A model generated the notes under the pieces. The model searched no databases. It had not been told where the DNA came from and saw nothing but the letters and a program-made list of their open reading frames with translations. The translations under genes were made by a program, and so were the position numbers. Positions 28,686 to 38,085 of a stretch of DNA of 53,845 nt are shown piece by piece. Numbering within the stretch: the first letter of the stretch is position 1; each line of letters begins with the position of its first letter. Source of the stretch: a virus (Duplodnaviria > Caudoviricetes); IMG/VR virus record IMGVR_UViG_3300042486_000458, positions 1-53,845 of that record. One strand, written 5' to 3'.

Positions 28686-31359
28686 GCATCGTCACCTGTA
28701 ATACACACGCTAGAATATTGCATGGCCTTGGCGCGGAAGCCTCAAGGCATAATCTGCTATCAGTTTCCCAATCACCATCAAATTCAAACACTTCATTATC
28801 ATACTGCGCGTGGATCGTATCCGCTGGTGTTTTAAGATAATCCTCCATCAAAGGCAAATCATCAAGCGTGTCAAAGTTAGGCCCATAACGTAATCCTTGA
28901 TAATGCGTATTCTTCATAATAACGCCAAGGGTATTTATCTTCTTTATCTGATTGAGTGACGACCCAAGACTTGACTGCAAGCTGAGTTTAACGCCCTTGT
29001 ACTGTGCCTTATATGGCAGTCCGACAACAACTTTGCTTAATGACGCTGGAAGCTCTATACGTCCGCTAACAACAGTTTGTCTATTGCCATCACCATCATA
29101 TGTGTAATCTTTACCGTCACCCCATAATACAACTTCCTCACCTTCCAAATGATTAAGGCCAGTCAGTTGATTTATTGGCGTTCCGTCATAGACGACAAAG
29201 CTATCAGCTTGTTTGTTTAACAAACCGCCGGCACACTCTGTTTCCATGGCAAACTTCTCAAGATACCTGACCGTGTTGCCGTTTATCGTGCGTTTTACGC
29301 AGTAGTAAACATTATCTTCTTGTGCGCCGGGCAGAATGACAACATCTTCAATCACGCCGCTTGTTGAGACCGTAAACCAGCTTTTCACATCCTCAAGCTC
29401 ATCTTGTAAATAAACAGCAACAGTGCCGTCACCTAAAACGCAATGCGTCCGCGTGTCAGGTGTTCGCTGCACCGCAGTTCTAACCACGCCGCTATACAAA
29501 AACTCAGGAACAATCTTTGAAATATCATCGGACTTATAATCATCAGACTCTATAGTATAACCAGACTTCATAAGTCTCGTTGTCGATCTCTGTACAAACA
29601 AGCCAGCGTTATCAATTTGCAGGGCTTGAACGGGCGATGATCCAAATGTTGAAGTTACTTTCATATTGGCATTTGATGGCGTTAAGACTTCATCTTGTGT
29701 TGACGAGCGTAAATACCATTCCGCTTGCTGTGTGCCAACCATTAAACGCTTCATTGATAAAAGCCAGTTTATCGTATTCGCAGGGCCAGACGGGATTGTT
29801 TTGGTAAACGCCGCGCTATCGCCTTCAATGGTATCATCAAATGATTCATAAGCATCAGACACGGACAGGAATACACGTGATTGACCGCCGAACACCAAGC
29901 GGCCTTCATGTAGTGCAACAGCTGTAGGCCAGCCGCGTCTATTCGACCAATGCCCTTCGTACCAGTTTTCAGACGCGCTTGTTGATCCAAAATCTTTTAG
30001 CACGATAGCAGATACAGATGTTGCAGATGTATAGCCAGTAACGCGGCAAATACCAGTTATTGAACCCGTAGAAAAATCAAGTGAAGCGGATACTGTTCCA
30101 GATGAAAGACCACCAGATTTTACACCAATGCGATAATACGCAATCTGGTTATCAAGATCATCATCATATGTTGTTGTGGTATTTGCGCTCCAATTACTAA
30201 CATCCGTCCATGAGCCTTCCTCGCCCAATGAACGCTGTAAATAAACCGCACCAACCCATGTGCCGTTTAGTTCAACTTGAAACTTTCTGGTATCACCAAC
30301 GCCCGTTACACGGATTGCATCGGAAAACTGATCGGCAGCAACTGGGGATGGCGCATCGATTTCAACAGATTGCCCAGCCGATGCTATTTTAAATAATTGC
30401 CCGACACTCGCAGATGAAAATATAGGCCGTGATGCCGTTAGTGTAATATCGCCGCGCAATGCGGAAGGCGTTAATCTTGTTTTGCTGACATTGATTGTCC
30501 GAAATGGTCCATCGTTAATATAAAGCGTTTCAATGCCCCACGATTGCGCTGAATACCTGATAACCTTGGCTTGTTGATAATCCTTGACCGCAATATAAAC
30601 CACATCGCCAGATTGATCGTACCTTATAAACGGCAAATCGGCCTCACCCCATGGTGTCGTCAGCGCCAAATCGCCAGCGGATTCCACCGTAATTGAATCA
30701 ACCAGTGAAGCATATTCTGTGCTTGATGATAGCTCAATATGGAAATTATTGGTTGGAACAAAAGCTATAGAATACGTTCCCGCGGGAAAATCTGTTGCGG
30801 CAAATAAATCATCGCCACCAGAAGATAAACCAACTTTTAACGTGACAACACCGCGTGTAACAACAAGGCGTAGTGCGTGCTGTGTATTAAAATAAGCACC
30901 AGCTACGTTCACAACTTGCCTGCGTATAGCAGAGTTAAACCCAGTACCTTTGAGCGACATATAGCCGCCTGTGGCCCATACGGATGTGCAACCAGCATCA
31001 TCTGCATCAGTCCAGCCACTCAGGTCTGTATTAAACGTACCATTTGTTACAGATGTATTAACTTCTGGTCTGGATATAGCAGTCTCACCAACTTTTACAC
31101 GCAATCGGTTTGCACTGAATTCCAATATAGCTGTATCATCATTCTCATAAATAAACGGCACATGGAATGACTTCGCATTTGAGTACGTACCGCCAGTATA
31201 TCCAAGGCCAGCACGAAGCATCATAGAGCCAAGCACTCGTGGCATCCAATTATTCTGGACAGACGCGGACATTGCCAGACGTTCAATGTCTTGTCGCGCA
31301 AGACCAAGATCGGAGATAACGCCGCGATTAAAGTTGAGCAATATCGTGTTTTGCTTCAC
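28663..31359 (-). CDS. Tail tubular protein B (nozzle)
   Basis: NFNRG, QSGDV, GWP..V..HEGRL.FGG, LFVQR, VGLPY motifs. Confidence 0.85.
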   Translation of the reverse strand: MKQNTILLNFNRGVISDLGLARQDIERLAMSASVQNNWMPRVLGSMMLRAGLGYTGGTYSNAKSFHVPFIYENDDTAILEFSANRLRVKVGETAISRPEVNTSVTNGTFNTDLSGWTDADDAGCTSVWATGGYMSLKGTGFNSAIRRQVVNVAGAYFNTQHALRLVVTRGVVTLKVGLSSGGDDLFAATDFPAGTYSIAFVPTNNFHIELSSSTEYASLVDSITVESAGDLALTTPWGEADLPFIRYDQSGDVVYIAVKDYQQAKVIRYSAQSWGIETLYINDGPFRTINVSKTRLTPSALRGDITLTASRPIFSSASVGQLFKIASAGQSVEIDAPSPVAADQFSDAIRVTGVGDTRKFQVELNGTWVGAVYLQRSLGEEGSWTDVSNWSANTTTTYDDDLDNQIAYYRIGVKSGGLSSGTVSASLDFSTGSITGICRVTGYTSATSVSAIVLKDFGSTSASENWYEGHWSNRRGWPTAVALHEGRLVFGGQSRVFLSVSDAYESFDDTIEGDSAAFTKTIPSGPANTINWLLSMKRLMVGTQQAEWYLRSSTQDEVLTPSNANMKVTSTFGSSPVQALQIDNAGLFVQRSTTRLMKSGYTIESDDYKSDDISKIVPEFLYSGVVRTAVQRTPDTRTHCVLGDGTVAVYLQDELEDVKSWFTVSTSGVIEDVVILPGAQEDNVYYCVKRTINGNTVRYLEKFAMETECAGGLLNKQADSFVVYDGTPINQLTGLNHLEGEEVVLWGDGKDYTYDGDGNRQTVVSGRIELPASLSKVVVGLPYKAQYKGVKLSLQSSLGSSLNQIKKINTLGVIMKNTHYQGLRYGPNFDTLDDLPLMEDYLKTPADTIHAQYDNEVFEFDGDWETDSRLCLEASAPRPCNILACVLQVTMHEKHDRQ

Positions 31360-31361
31360 AG

Positions 31362-32081
31362 CTAGAAGAACCCTTCACTGAAACCATCACTAAAACCGCC
31401 ACCACTCGGAACACCGCCGCCTGAGCTACTAGACGAACCAGATGATGCGGAGCTTGTATTATTCGCAATACCAAATGTGCGATTGCCTGAAAATCTTGCG
31501 CTCGCCCATGAACCCATTGGCATACGCTTTGATGGGCCATTCATACCATCCACAGCCTTTGCCTCTCGCCTTACACGATCAGCCTGTTTGCGTAATTCCG
31601 CAACCGCTACATCGCTATCAGTTATCGGTTTGCAAGCCAGCGCAGCAAACTCAAGCTCTGCGTATTCAACCACGCTTTGAGGCCATAGAGATAAGTCGCC
31701 ACCGTAAAACTGGTCTGCTGATATAATGCGGAAATATAAAGTGTCATAATTCGCATAAATATGAGAACGCTCATCCTCATAATCATTAAACGGAGGGTTA
31801 AAATTTTCATTAGCAGATACGCCGATTGTGCGCACCCAATCAGAAGGTTTTTCATGTGCAAACTCATATCCGAACGCTGGGGTTACAGTGTTATCATACG
31901 TACTTTGATAGGTGCGAACCGCAAAATTCCATTGGCCTTTCTCAAGAATTCTCTTAACAAAGTCATTATCCCATATCGCATCGAGGACACGGCGGGATTT
32001 GCGGTTTTCGGATAAGCTCGCAAGCGGTCTTGCGCCTAAGCGCATTAACGTAGAATTATAAAGTCGCAGCTTATCCGTCAT
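31362..32081 (-). CDS. Tail tubular protein A (adaptor) with C-terminal Ser/Gly linker and GFSDGFSEGFF tag
   Basis: LMRLG, WNFA, FGYEFA..KPSDW and GSW..AR motifs. Confidence 0.85.
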   Translation of the reverse strand: MTDKLRLYNSTLMRLGARPLASLSENRKSRRVLDAIWDNDFVKRILEKGQWNFAVRTYQSTYDNTVTPAFGYEFAHEKPSDWVRTIGVSANENFNPPFNDYEDERSHIYANYDTLYFRIISADQFYGGDLSLWPQSVVEYAELEFAALACKPITDSDVAVAELRKQADRVRREAKAVDGMNGPSKRMPMGSWASARFSGNRTFGIANNTSSASSGSSSSSGGGVPSGGGFSDGFSEGFF

Positions 32082-32083
32082 GC

Positions 32084-32536
32084 CTACCCAACAACTTTCC
32101 GATGATTATCCAAGAAAAGCTCAGCTTCCTGTTTCGTCATACCCTCTTTGATAACCTGACCATTACCGTTTACCACACGGTGTTTTGCGTGAGGTCCGCC
32201 ATATGTAACGCGCAGGCCATCTTCGCTCTGGACACCATTTTCGGCAGCCCCTGATAAATCAACTGGACCATTAAGAATTTTAAGAACAGCATGACCCTTG
32301 CTTGACTGCACAACAACAGCATCAATCAGCCATGATACATCATCAGGCACTATTTCAATGCGCGGCAAAATACCCGCAGTTGTAAATTGAATAGCCACCA
32401 AAGACCAGAAGTTAGCGTCTTTAATATCCTCAACCGTTACATCATTTTCAACAACAGCGCGAAATTCAACGCGGCCTGTTGATACGTTAACGCGGGTGAA
32501 ACGATTGGGGTTCAATATTTTGTTATCTTTTGACAT
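32084..32536 (-). CDS. Conserved phage protein
   Basis: GAGG RBS; GGPHAKHRV motif; between head and tail genes. Confidence 0.65.
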   Translation of the reverse strand: MSKDNKILNPNRFTRVNVSTGRVEFRAVVENDVTVEDIKDANFWSLVAIQFTTAGILPRIEIVPDDVSWLIDAVVVQSSKGHAVLKILNGPVDLSGAAENGVQSEDGLRVTYGGPHAKHRVVNGNGQVIKEGMTKQEAELFLDNHRKVVG

Positions 32537-32557
32537 AAAATAATCCTCTCTAAATGT

Positions 32558-32592
32558 GGTATAATGATACCTTATGAGTATTTTTATTGCAA
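32558..32592 (-). promoter_or_regulatory. Promoter TTGCAA-17-TATCAT with GGTATAATGATACC palindrome
   Basis: Directly downstream of the capsid operon terminator. Confidence 0.55.
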
Positions 32593-32596
32593 TGAC

Positions 32597-32624
32597 AAAA
32601 ACCCCGCAACTTTCGCTGCGGGGC
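32597..32624 (-). terminator. Intrinsic terminator after the capsid/decoration genes
   Basis: GCCCCGCAGC-GAAA-GTTGCGGGGT-TTTT. Confidence 0.85.
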
Positions 32625-32645
32625 TTCGCTTCCGAGAGGAATTCG

Positions 32646-32939
32646 TTAATCGCTGTTTGTACCGCTTCCGATAACTGTACCGTTGCTCAAGTCAACAGCT
32701 CCAGTTGTCGCGTTTACAGATACAACAACGTGTGAAGTCGTCACAGGTGCAGTTGGTGTCGTAATGTCTGTGTGGAACACAATGTCATTACGCTTCATGC
32801 CGTAGTTACCACCATTTGAGATGAAACCAGAGGCATCAGCCGCAGTTGTCGCATCAGCAGAATAGTGTGTAAAAACAGACGGTCCAATACCACCAAGTGA
32901 AGAAACGACACAAGATAGATTTGCAGGAGTATAAGCCAT
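32646..32939 (-). CDS. Probable capsid decoration/cement protein
   Basis: 97-aa beta-rich gene directly after the MCP gene and before the terminator. Confidence 0.6.
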   Translation of the reverse strand: MAYTPANLSCVVSSLGGIGPSVFTHYSADATTAADASGFISNGGNYGMKRNDIVFHTDITTPTAPVTTSHVVVSVNATTGAVDLSNGTVIGSGTNSD

Positions 32940-32963
32940 GGTAAAAATCCTTTCATAAGCCTA

Positions 32964-33845
32964 TTAGATTGTTACGAGTGCGCCAGCAGATGCGTCATTG
33001 AACAGCAACTTCTGAACACCAGTGTTTTGCAACAGAGCCGCACCAGAGAACGCAGAAGCGCGTACCCAGCTATAGTTTTGCTCTTTGTTGTAATCCATCT
33101 CCACCTCAAAGTTTTCCTTATTGATGGCGTGACCGATTGCAGTCTTGTGATACATGAAGCAAGTCGCGCTTGATGTACCAACACCTGAAAGGCCATTCTG
33201 GATAAAGAAGTTCATGCCGTTCCACTGATACATTTTCTTCGTGCTTGATACGCCATCATCCCATTTTTTCATGGAGACATATTCAGCATTTGAAAACTCT
33301 TTCGTGCGCTGCAAGGAAGCCAAGAAGCCCGGCGTACAAGCAACATAAACGTCACCATCATCACACGTTACGAAGTTGTTACCCAAGTTCACAAGACCCT
33401 GCGTTACAAGATCAAGTGCACTGTCAATCGCTGTACCAGAAGGACCAGTTGTAGCTGTTCCGAGAGCTGTCAGGATTTCGTTTTCAACAGTACGTGAAAT
33501 AACCTTGTATGATGTTTTGAACATCGCAGCACGCTGCATCGCAGATGCTTGGTGTCCGAAAATGTTAAAGCCGCTCATACGAGGCAAGTCATGCCATTCT
33601 GTCAAGGAAAGCGTAACTTGGTTGTTGTTCATTGAACGTGGCACAATGTTACCATCAAGGCCGCGTGTCGTTGCTGTCGCATTACCGCTATCCTCAACAA
33701 CGAAAACGAATTGTGATCCGCGTTGCATGATTTCAGTTGTTACAGTTTGACGGAGTAGGGAAGCACCTCTTTCAAAGCCTTCGATGTACTCCATTGAATA
33801 TAGTTTTGCATTAGCAGACGTGCTGCCAGTAATAGTCTGTCCCAT
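32964..33845 (-). CDS. Major capsid protein
   Basis: Follows the scaffold gene; SLLRQTV, YHKTAIGHA and GAALLQNTGV motifs; GAGGAG RBS. Confidence 0.85.
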   Translation of the reverse strand: MGQTITGSTSANAKLYSMEYIEGFERGASLLRQTVTTEIMQRGSQFVFVVEDSGNATATTRGLDGNIVPRSMNNNQVTLSLTEWHDLPRMSGFNIFGHQASAMQRAAMFKTSYKVISRTVENEILTALGTATTGPSGTAIDSALDLVTQGLVNLGNNFVTCDDGDVYVACTPGFLASLQRTKEFSNAEYVSMKKWDDGVSSTKKMYQWNGMNFFIQNGLSGVGTSSATCFMYHKTAIGHAINKENFEVEMDYNKEQNYSWVRASAFSGAALLQNTGVQKLLFNDASAGALVTI

Positions 33846-33892
33846 TTGGAGACTCCTCTGATGTTAAAATGGTTGATTGTTTTCCACTTTAG

Positions 33893-34013
33893 AAAGGGTG
33901 TCTGCCTATAAAGGGGCTTTATCAGGGTGTCCTAAAGAGGGGCTGATGAGCGCAAAAGCAGGGCTTATCTAGTAATGGTATATGATATGGGGCGCGTTAA
34001 GCGGGTATCCATG
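33893..34013 (-). ncRNA. Candidate structured 5' leader of the capsid mRNA with three GCCC/GAYACCC internal-loop hairpins
   Basis: Hairpins at 33893-33920, 33921-33947 and 33987-34012 have different stems but the same loop. Confidence 0.55.
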
Positions 34014-34018
34014 ATGCG

Positions 34019-34048
34019 ATAATACATAATTTATGTATTTTTTGTCAA
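34019..34048 (-). promoter_or_regulatory. Capsid promoter TTGACA-18-TATTAT with AATACATAA-T-TTATGTATT inverted repeat
   Basis: Read directly from the sequence. Confidence 0.55.
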
Positions 34049-34095
34049 ATATTTTTTTATTGACGCGAGAAATATATTGGGACTATCATTTGATT

Positions 34096-34206
34096 ATCCC
34101 TATACTCTCCCTCCCTAGAAGCAGGCTCGTCAACTCCCAGACGGGCTTGTTTCAATGTGAGGCCTACTACGCACAAAAAAACCCCCGCAGGTTTTAAGTG
34201 CGGGGG
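34096..34206 (+). ncRNA. Candidate small RNA with C-rich anti-SD segments
   Basis: TTGACG-18-TATCAT at 34060-34089; 14-bp stem 34118-34153 whose G-U pairs form only on the + strand. 3' end uncertain. Confidence 0.4.
34175..34206 (-). terminator. Intrinsic terminator after the scaffold gene
   Basis: CCCCCGCA..TGCGGGGG followed by seven T. Confidence 0.8.
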
Positions 34207-34278
34207 AAAGGATAAGTCAAACAACACTACAAGGAAACTCAAATAAATACTATCATCCACTTTAGGGACGTGCAAGTA

Positions 34279-35136
34279 TTATCTTCTCATGCGTTCCTGC
34301 GCGTCTAAAAGTTCAACCATTCTAGCTTGACCCTTGGTGTCTTTAGCCCATGAATCAAGGTTTTTCATCTTGGCTTTTAGCGTTTCAATTTCATCAGAAA
34401 TCGACTGTGCAGGATTTGAAGAATTCGGAACAACAGTTGCGGCAGGGTTAATCTCACGTGCAATTGCAGCGAGTTCCTTTACCACTTCTGGGGATGATTC
34501 AAGCAAGGCAGCTCCAACCACATCACCAAAACGGGTTTTAACGAAATTTTCGGTCATGTTTTTATTCGCGAGATATTCTGGCCCCCATTCACCGCGCAAT
34601 GTTTCCTCAATCAGAACGCGCTGCGCTTTTGTCTCCTCAGCCGCTCTCGCCGCTGCCTGCTCTTGTGTTTTGTAGTACCAATCCACCGCTTGTTTTACTG
34701 CGCCTTCTGGTGCGTTTTCAGCGTGCATGGCTTTTAAAAACTCATCGACAACAGGCTTATCAGCCTCGCCAATTACAAGACCGTCTGGCATTTTGTATTT
34801 ATCAGGCGAATCAGGAATACCATTCTCGGCGCGCCATTTTATCTGATCTTCGGCAGAACCGTCTTTTGGAAACGCTATGTTACGTTTATATTCTCCAGAT
34901 GAGACTTTCTGCTTTAACTCAAAGCCAGCCTTGATCGCATCCTTCTGTGAATTATATCGCCCCAAATGCGCGAGGATTTTCTCATCATCACCTGCAATTT
35001 CCCTGCGCCAATCAACAGCAGGTTCTGCTGCGGGTTGCTCGGCTGGTGTGGCGGGTGTAGCCGCTACCGCTGGTGCAGCTTCGCTGCTACTTGGTGTATT
35101 CGGCGTTTCTGCGGGTTGTTCTATTACGTCTGTCAT
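34279..35136 (-). CDS. Capsid scaffolding protein
   Basis: Pro/Ala-rich N-terminus, GIPDSPDKY, LRGEWG.EY; between portal and MCP. Confidence 0.8.
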   Translation of the reverse strand: MTDVIEQPAETPNTPSSSEAAPAVAATPATPAEQPAAEPAVDWRREIAGDDEKILAHLGRYNSQKDAIKAGFELKQKVSSGEYKRNIAFPKDGSAEDQIKWRAENGIPDSPDKYKMPDGLVIGEADKPVVDEFLKAMHAENAPEGAVKQAVDWYYKTQEQAAARAAEETKAQRVLIEETLRGEWGPEYLANKNMTENFVKTRFGDVVGAALLESSPEVVKELAAIAREINPAATVVPNSSNPAQSISDEIETLKAKMKNLDSWAKDTKGQARMVELLDAQERMRR

Positions 35137-35374
35137 TTTTTTGTTCCTCTCTCAGTTTTAGTAAATCAGTCTCAAGTTCCTTCACGATCGCAAGTCCTGC
35201 ACCGCGCACGCCTTGAGCGTAAAGCGTTTCGCGTTCACTATCGCGCTTGAATGTTTCATGCCTTATTCTGCATATTTTATGCAGTATTACGTCAATTGCA
35301 AGTTTTTGTTGCTCAGGTGTGGCTTCGCCTTTTGCTAAACATTGCAATGCGTGTGTTTCGCTAAATTCTATCAT
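35087..35374 (-). CDS. Bbp19-like small head-module protein
   Basis: ETLYAQGVRGAGL motif; ATGA overlap with the portal gene. Confidence 0.6.
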   Translation of the reverse strand: MIEFSETHALQCLAKGEATPEQQKLAIDVILHKICRIRHETFKRDSERETLYAQGVRGAGLAIVKELETDLLKLREEQKNDRRNRTTRRNAEYTK

Positions 35375-37011
35375 TGCCTGATCTGCTCTAATGATTGCGC
35401 TGCTGCGCCGATTGACTGAGCCGCATCACCGCCCTGCTGCGCCATTGCCATGAGTTGCTGCATTTCTGCGGCCTGTTGTTGTTGCGCCTCAAGCTCTGCG
35501 GCTTGCTCAACCGTTCTAAACCATTCACGTGGCGCGCCAATACCATCAAGTGTATCGCGTGTCGCAGTCTTGCCATCAAGAATAAACTGAACAGCAGGAT
35601 CGAACGAAGCCATCTGTGCGATAATGCCAGTCGCTTCGGAAAGCATATTACCTTTAGCGCGGTCCATCGTTTCGCGAAGTGGATTGACGAATTTAAATTC
35701 AATATTCTCGCCGAGTAAATCTTCTGGTATTTCGCGTGTCGGGCCAAACAAGCCATTCGCGAAACCAACTTCAAACGCAAGCGAGCATATACCGCCATTG
35801 TATTCAGCTTCGAGCGGATCAAGTAGCGGCAATGCGCCGCGTATGTAATCATTGATACGCTGTGATACTTCATAGGGCGACATACCACCACCTAAAGGCG
35901 GCAGGCCGATCTTGGTCATAAAGTGTGCATCTTCAATTGCAAGCGCGGTACGCTCAAGCATATCAAGCCCCAGCGGAATTGCACCATTCTGCCGCGTAAT
36001 CGGGCGAAGCACTTCACCCAAACGCTCATCGTAATCAGCATCCACGTTTGTAATACCGCCAGCATAGGCGTTAATATCCGAGCGCAGCGCATCACCAACA
36101 GAAATCATTGGCGGATCAACAGCCTTCTGACCAGCTTCTAGCAAGACCAGCATCATATCCTGAATTAAAAACGCATCAGGCAGTGAGGATGTCGTCGGCG
36201 GCGAGTAGGCGTACTGCGAACCGCTTATTGTTTTCCAGCGCGGAATACAGTAAAATGGTACATTTGTATATTTTTCCTCCAGAATAGCCCTGTTCTCAAC
36301 ATCATAGAATATGGAAACATATTTGAAGCGCTTATTGCTTTTACCAGTGGCGTAATCCTCGGCATCCATAAATGTATGGCGCACTTCAAACTGCTGGTAC
36401 GGATTCTTCTCCGCCGCTTTACGCACCTTTTGATGCACGCTGGATGGAAATATTTTAATTAAATCTTCTGCGGTTGGCTTCCAGCGGCGATCAACGCGGC
36501 TAATCTTGCCGTATTGGTTTTCACACCATACCACATCGCGCAAGTGCCAATTGCGGAACAACAGAGCATTACTGCGCCAATTCATTTCGCACGAAATTAC
36601 AGTATTTCCGAAAGCGGCGAGGTCATCATCCGACTCTTTTGTTGCCCTGCTGAAATTGCTATCATTGTCATACATAGCGCGGCGCAAGATATGCCCGCTT
36701 TTTTGCAACCAGCGTTTCGCATCCTCACTACGTTTTTCGTAAAAAGGAACAGTTGCGTAAAACCAGTCTTTATCCTGCGGCCTAAATATTGTCGAGATAA
36801 TATTGGATAATTCCCTATGCGCCCGAAGCGGCTGGGAAGTTGTTAGATGCGATGCGAAGTTTTCCCCTATGTTGCGCGTCATAGTGAAATCAGCGCGTTC
36901 CACGTAGAAGTTTTCGGCAATCTTTTGCCATAGTGAAAGCAGGGGAAGCCTATCCGAAAATAAGCGGTCACCCTGCCTTACCAACAATTCGCAATCCGCG
37001 ACAGATGCCAT
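35371..37011 (-). CDS. Portal (head-tail connector), T7-like
   Basis: DLAAFGN, PRW.TISGSQYAYSP, KAVDPP motifs; 546 aa. Confidence 0.9.
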   Translation of the reverse strand: MASVADCELLVRQGDRLFSDRLPLLSLWQKIAENFYVERADFTMTRNIGENFASHLTTSQPLRAHRELSNIISTIFRPQDKDWFYATVPFYEKRSEDAKRWLQKSGHILRRAMYDNDSNFSRATKESDDDLAAFGNTVISCEMNWRSNALLFRNWHLRDVVWCENQYGKISRVDRRWKPTAEDLIKIFPSSVHQKVRKAAEKNPYQQFEVRHTFMDAEDYATGKSNKRFKYVSIFYDVENRAILEEKYTNVPFYCIPRWKTISGSQYAYSPPTTSSLPDAFLIQDMMLVLLEAGQKAVDPPMISVGDALRSDINAYAGGITNVDADYDERLGEVLRPITRQNGAIPLGLDMLERTALAIEDAHFMTKIGLPPLGGGMSPYEVSQRINDYIRGALPLLDPLEAEYNGGICSLAFEVGFANGLFGPTREIPEDLLGENIEFKFVNPLRETMDRAKGNMLSEATGIIAQMASFDPAVQFILDGKTATRDTLDGIGAPREWFRTVEQAAELEAQQQQAAEMQQLMAMAQQGGDAAQSIGAAAQSLEQIRQ

Positions 37012-37200
37012 CTAGCTACCCAATTTATCTTTCTGGTTTTGAGAAACATAAGTAGATTCCCGCCCAGAAGCGGAAATCCGCTGGGCTACACGTTTCTGTG
37101 CAGCCAGCTTTTTCGTAGGATCTTCCGCGTCCGGCATTGCGACCGGATCGGGAATAGCAGGCGCAGCCGCCTGCTTAGGTTTTGACATCAGCCCGCCCAT
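37012..37200 (-). CDS. Small virion protein upstream of the portal
   Basis: MGGLMSKPK..P-rich..GRESTY..KLG. Confidence 0.65.
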   Translation of the reverse strand: MGGLMSKPKQAAAPAIPDPVAMPDAEDPTKKLAAQKRVAQRISASGRESTYVSQNQKDKLGS

Positions 37201-37997
37201 TAGTAGCGATCCTTGCGAACATCAACGTAATCCACGTCGATTGTGCGCGTAGCCGCGACAAGTGAAGTCGCATAAACCGCTGGCGTCAAACCAACTGTTT
37301 TTGTTACAGCGTTCGACATTACACCGCCGCCGCGCCCCTGACCGTTAACGAAGAATTTCGCCGCGCCATCCTTATCAACCTCAATCTTGAGGATAACGAA
37401 TGTATCAGCAACAGGCGCAACACCAAGGTTAAGAGCGGTTGCATCTGTATCAGCCTTAACGCCAACACCCCAGAAATTTGCAGTCGTCATGCTTGTATCG
37501 AAGATAATACCAACCGCATCAGAGGCGTTTGTCGTAATACCGTTTGCAGTACCAGAGCCTTCAATCGGTGCTTCAAACGTGCCGAGGTCGGTAAAACCAA
37601 CGAATAGTTTTACAGTCGTAATAGCTGATAGCTTCAAACGTGCTTCAAATGAAAGCCCGCCATCTTCTGCTTTGAAGTTATAAAACGCGCCAAATGTAAT
37701 ACCGATACCGTTACCCGCATATGTCAGCGTTGCAGAGTCGCCAGTCGTCAAGCGGCAGATACCGTTAATGCCAGATACAACAGCCGCATCTGATGTTGTG
37801 GTGTCAGCACCTTCAACGACAGACCACTGATCGGCAATTACATCACCGAAAAAGTCATCAAAGAATACAACGCGCTTACTATTATCATATGGCGCAATCA
37901 AGCGGTTGCGTGAAACAACGTCACCATCTTTTGTTAAGCCGAACCCAGACGGGCCAGAACCGTGTAGAGAAACTCGAATTGTTTTATCGACAGCCAT
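37200..37997 (-). CDS. Beta-rich structural protein (head fibre/decoration-like)
   Basis: FFDDF motif, lectin-like composition, AGGAG RBS. Confidence 0.55.
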   Translation of the reverse strand: MAVDKTIRVSLHGSGPSGFGLTKDGDVVSRNRLIAPYDNSKRVVFFDDFFGDVIADQWSVVEGADTTTSDAAVVSGINGICRLTTGDSATLTYAGNGIGITFGAFYNFKAEDGGLSFEARLKLSAITTVKLFVGFTDLGTFEAPIEGSGTANGITTNASDAVGIIFDTSMTTANFWGVGVKADTDATALNLGVAPVADTFVILKIEVDKDGAAKFFVNGQGRGGGVMSNAVTKTVGLTPAVYATSLVAATRTIDVDYVDVRKDRY

Positions 37998-38047
37998 TTG
38001 CTTGTCTCCTATATAAGAATTACCCCCACGTTACTCTCAGGGGCAAT

Positions 38048-38080
38048 GGTATTATAATACCATATAGGAAGAAATGGCAA
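38048..38080 (-). promoter_or_regulatory. Promoter TTGCCA-18-TATAAT with GGTATTATAATACC palindrome
   Basis: Intergenic, between TerL and the head genes. Confidence 0.55.
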
Positions 38081-38085
38081 CACTA

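Noticed and set aside
32964-33000. T7 10A/10B-type capsid frameshift
   Set aside because: No slippery sequence recognised near the stop, and the next gene has its own RBS.
33943-33965. CTGATGAG hammerhead-like core
   Set aside because: No GAAA after a stem II and no flanking stems.
34057-34275. 72-aa minus-strand ORF
   Set aside because: Crosses a strong intrinsic terminator and has no recognisable features.
20937-37011. Numerous + strand ORFs within structural genes
   Set aside because: Antisense shadows of long minus-strand CDSs.
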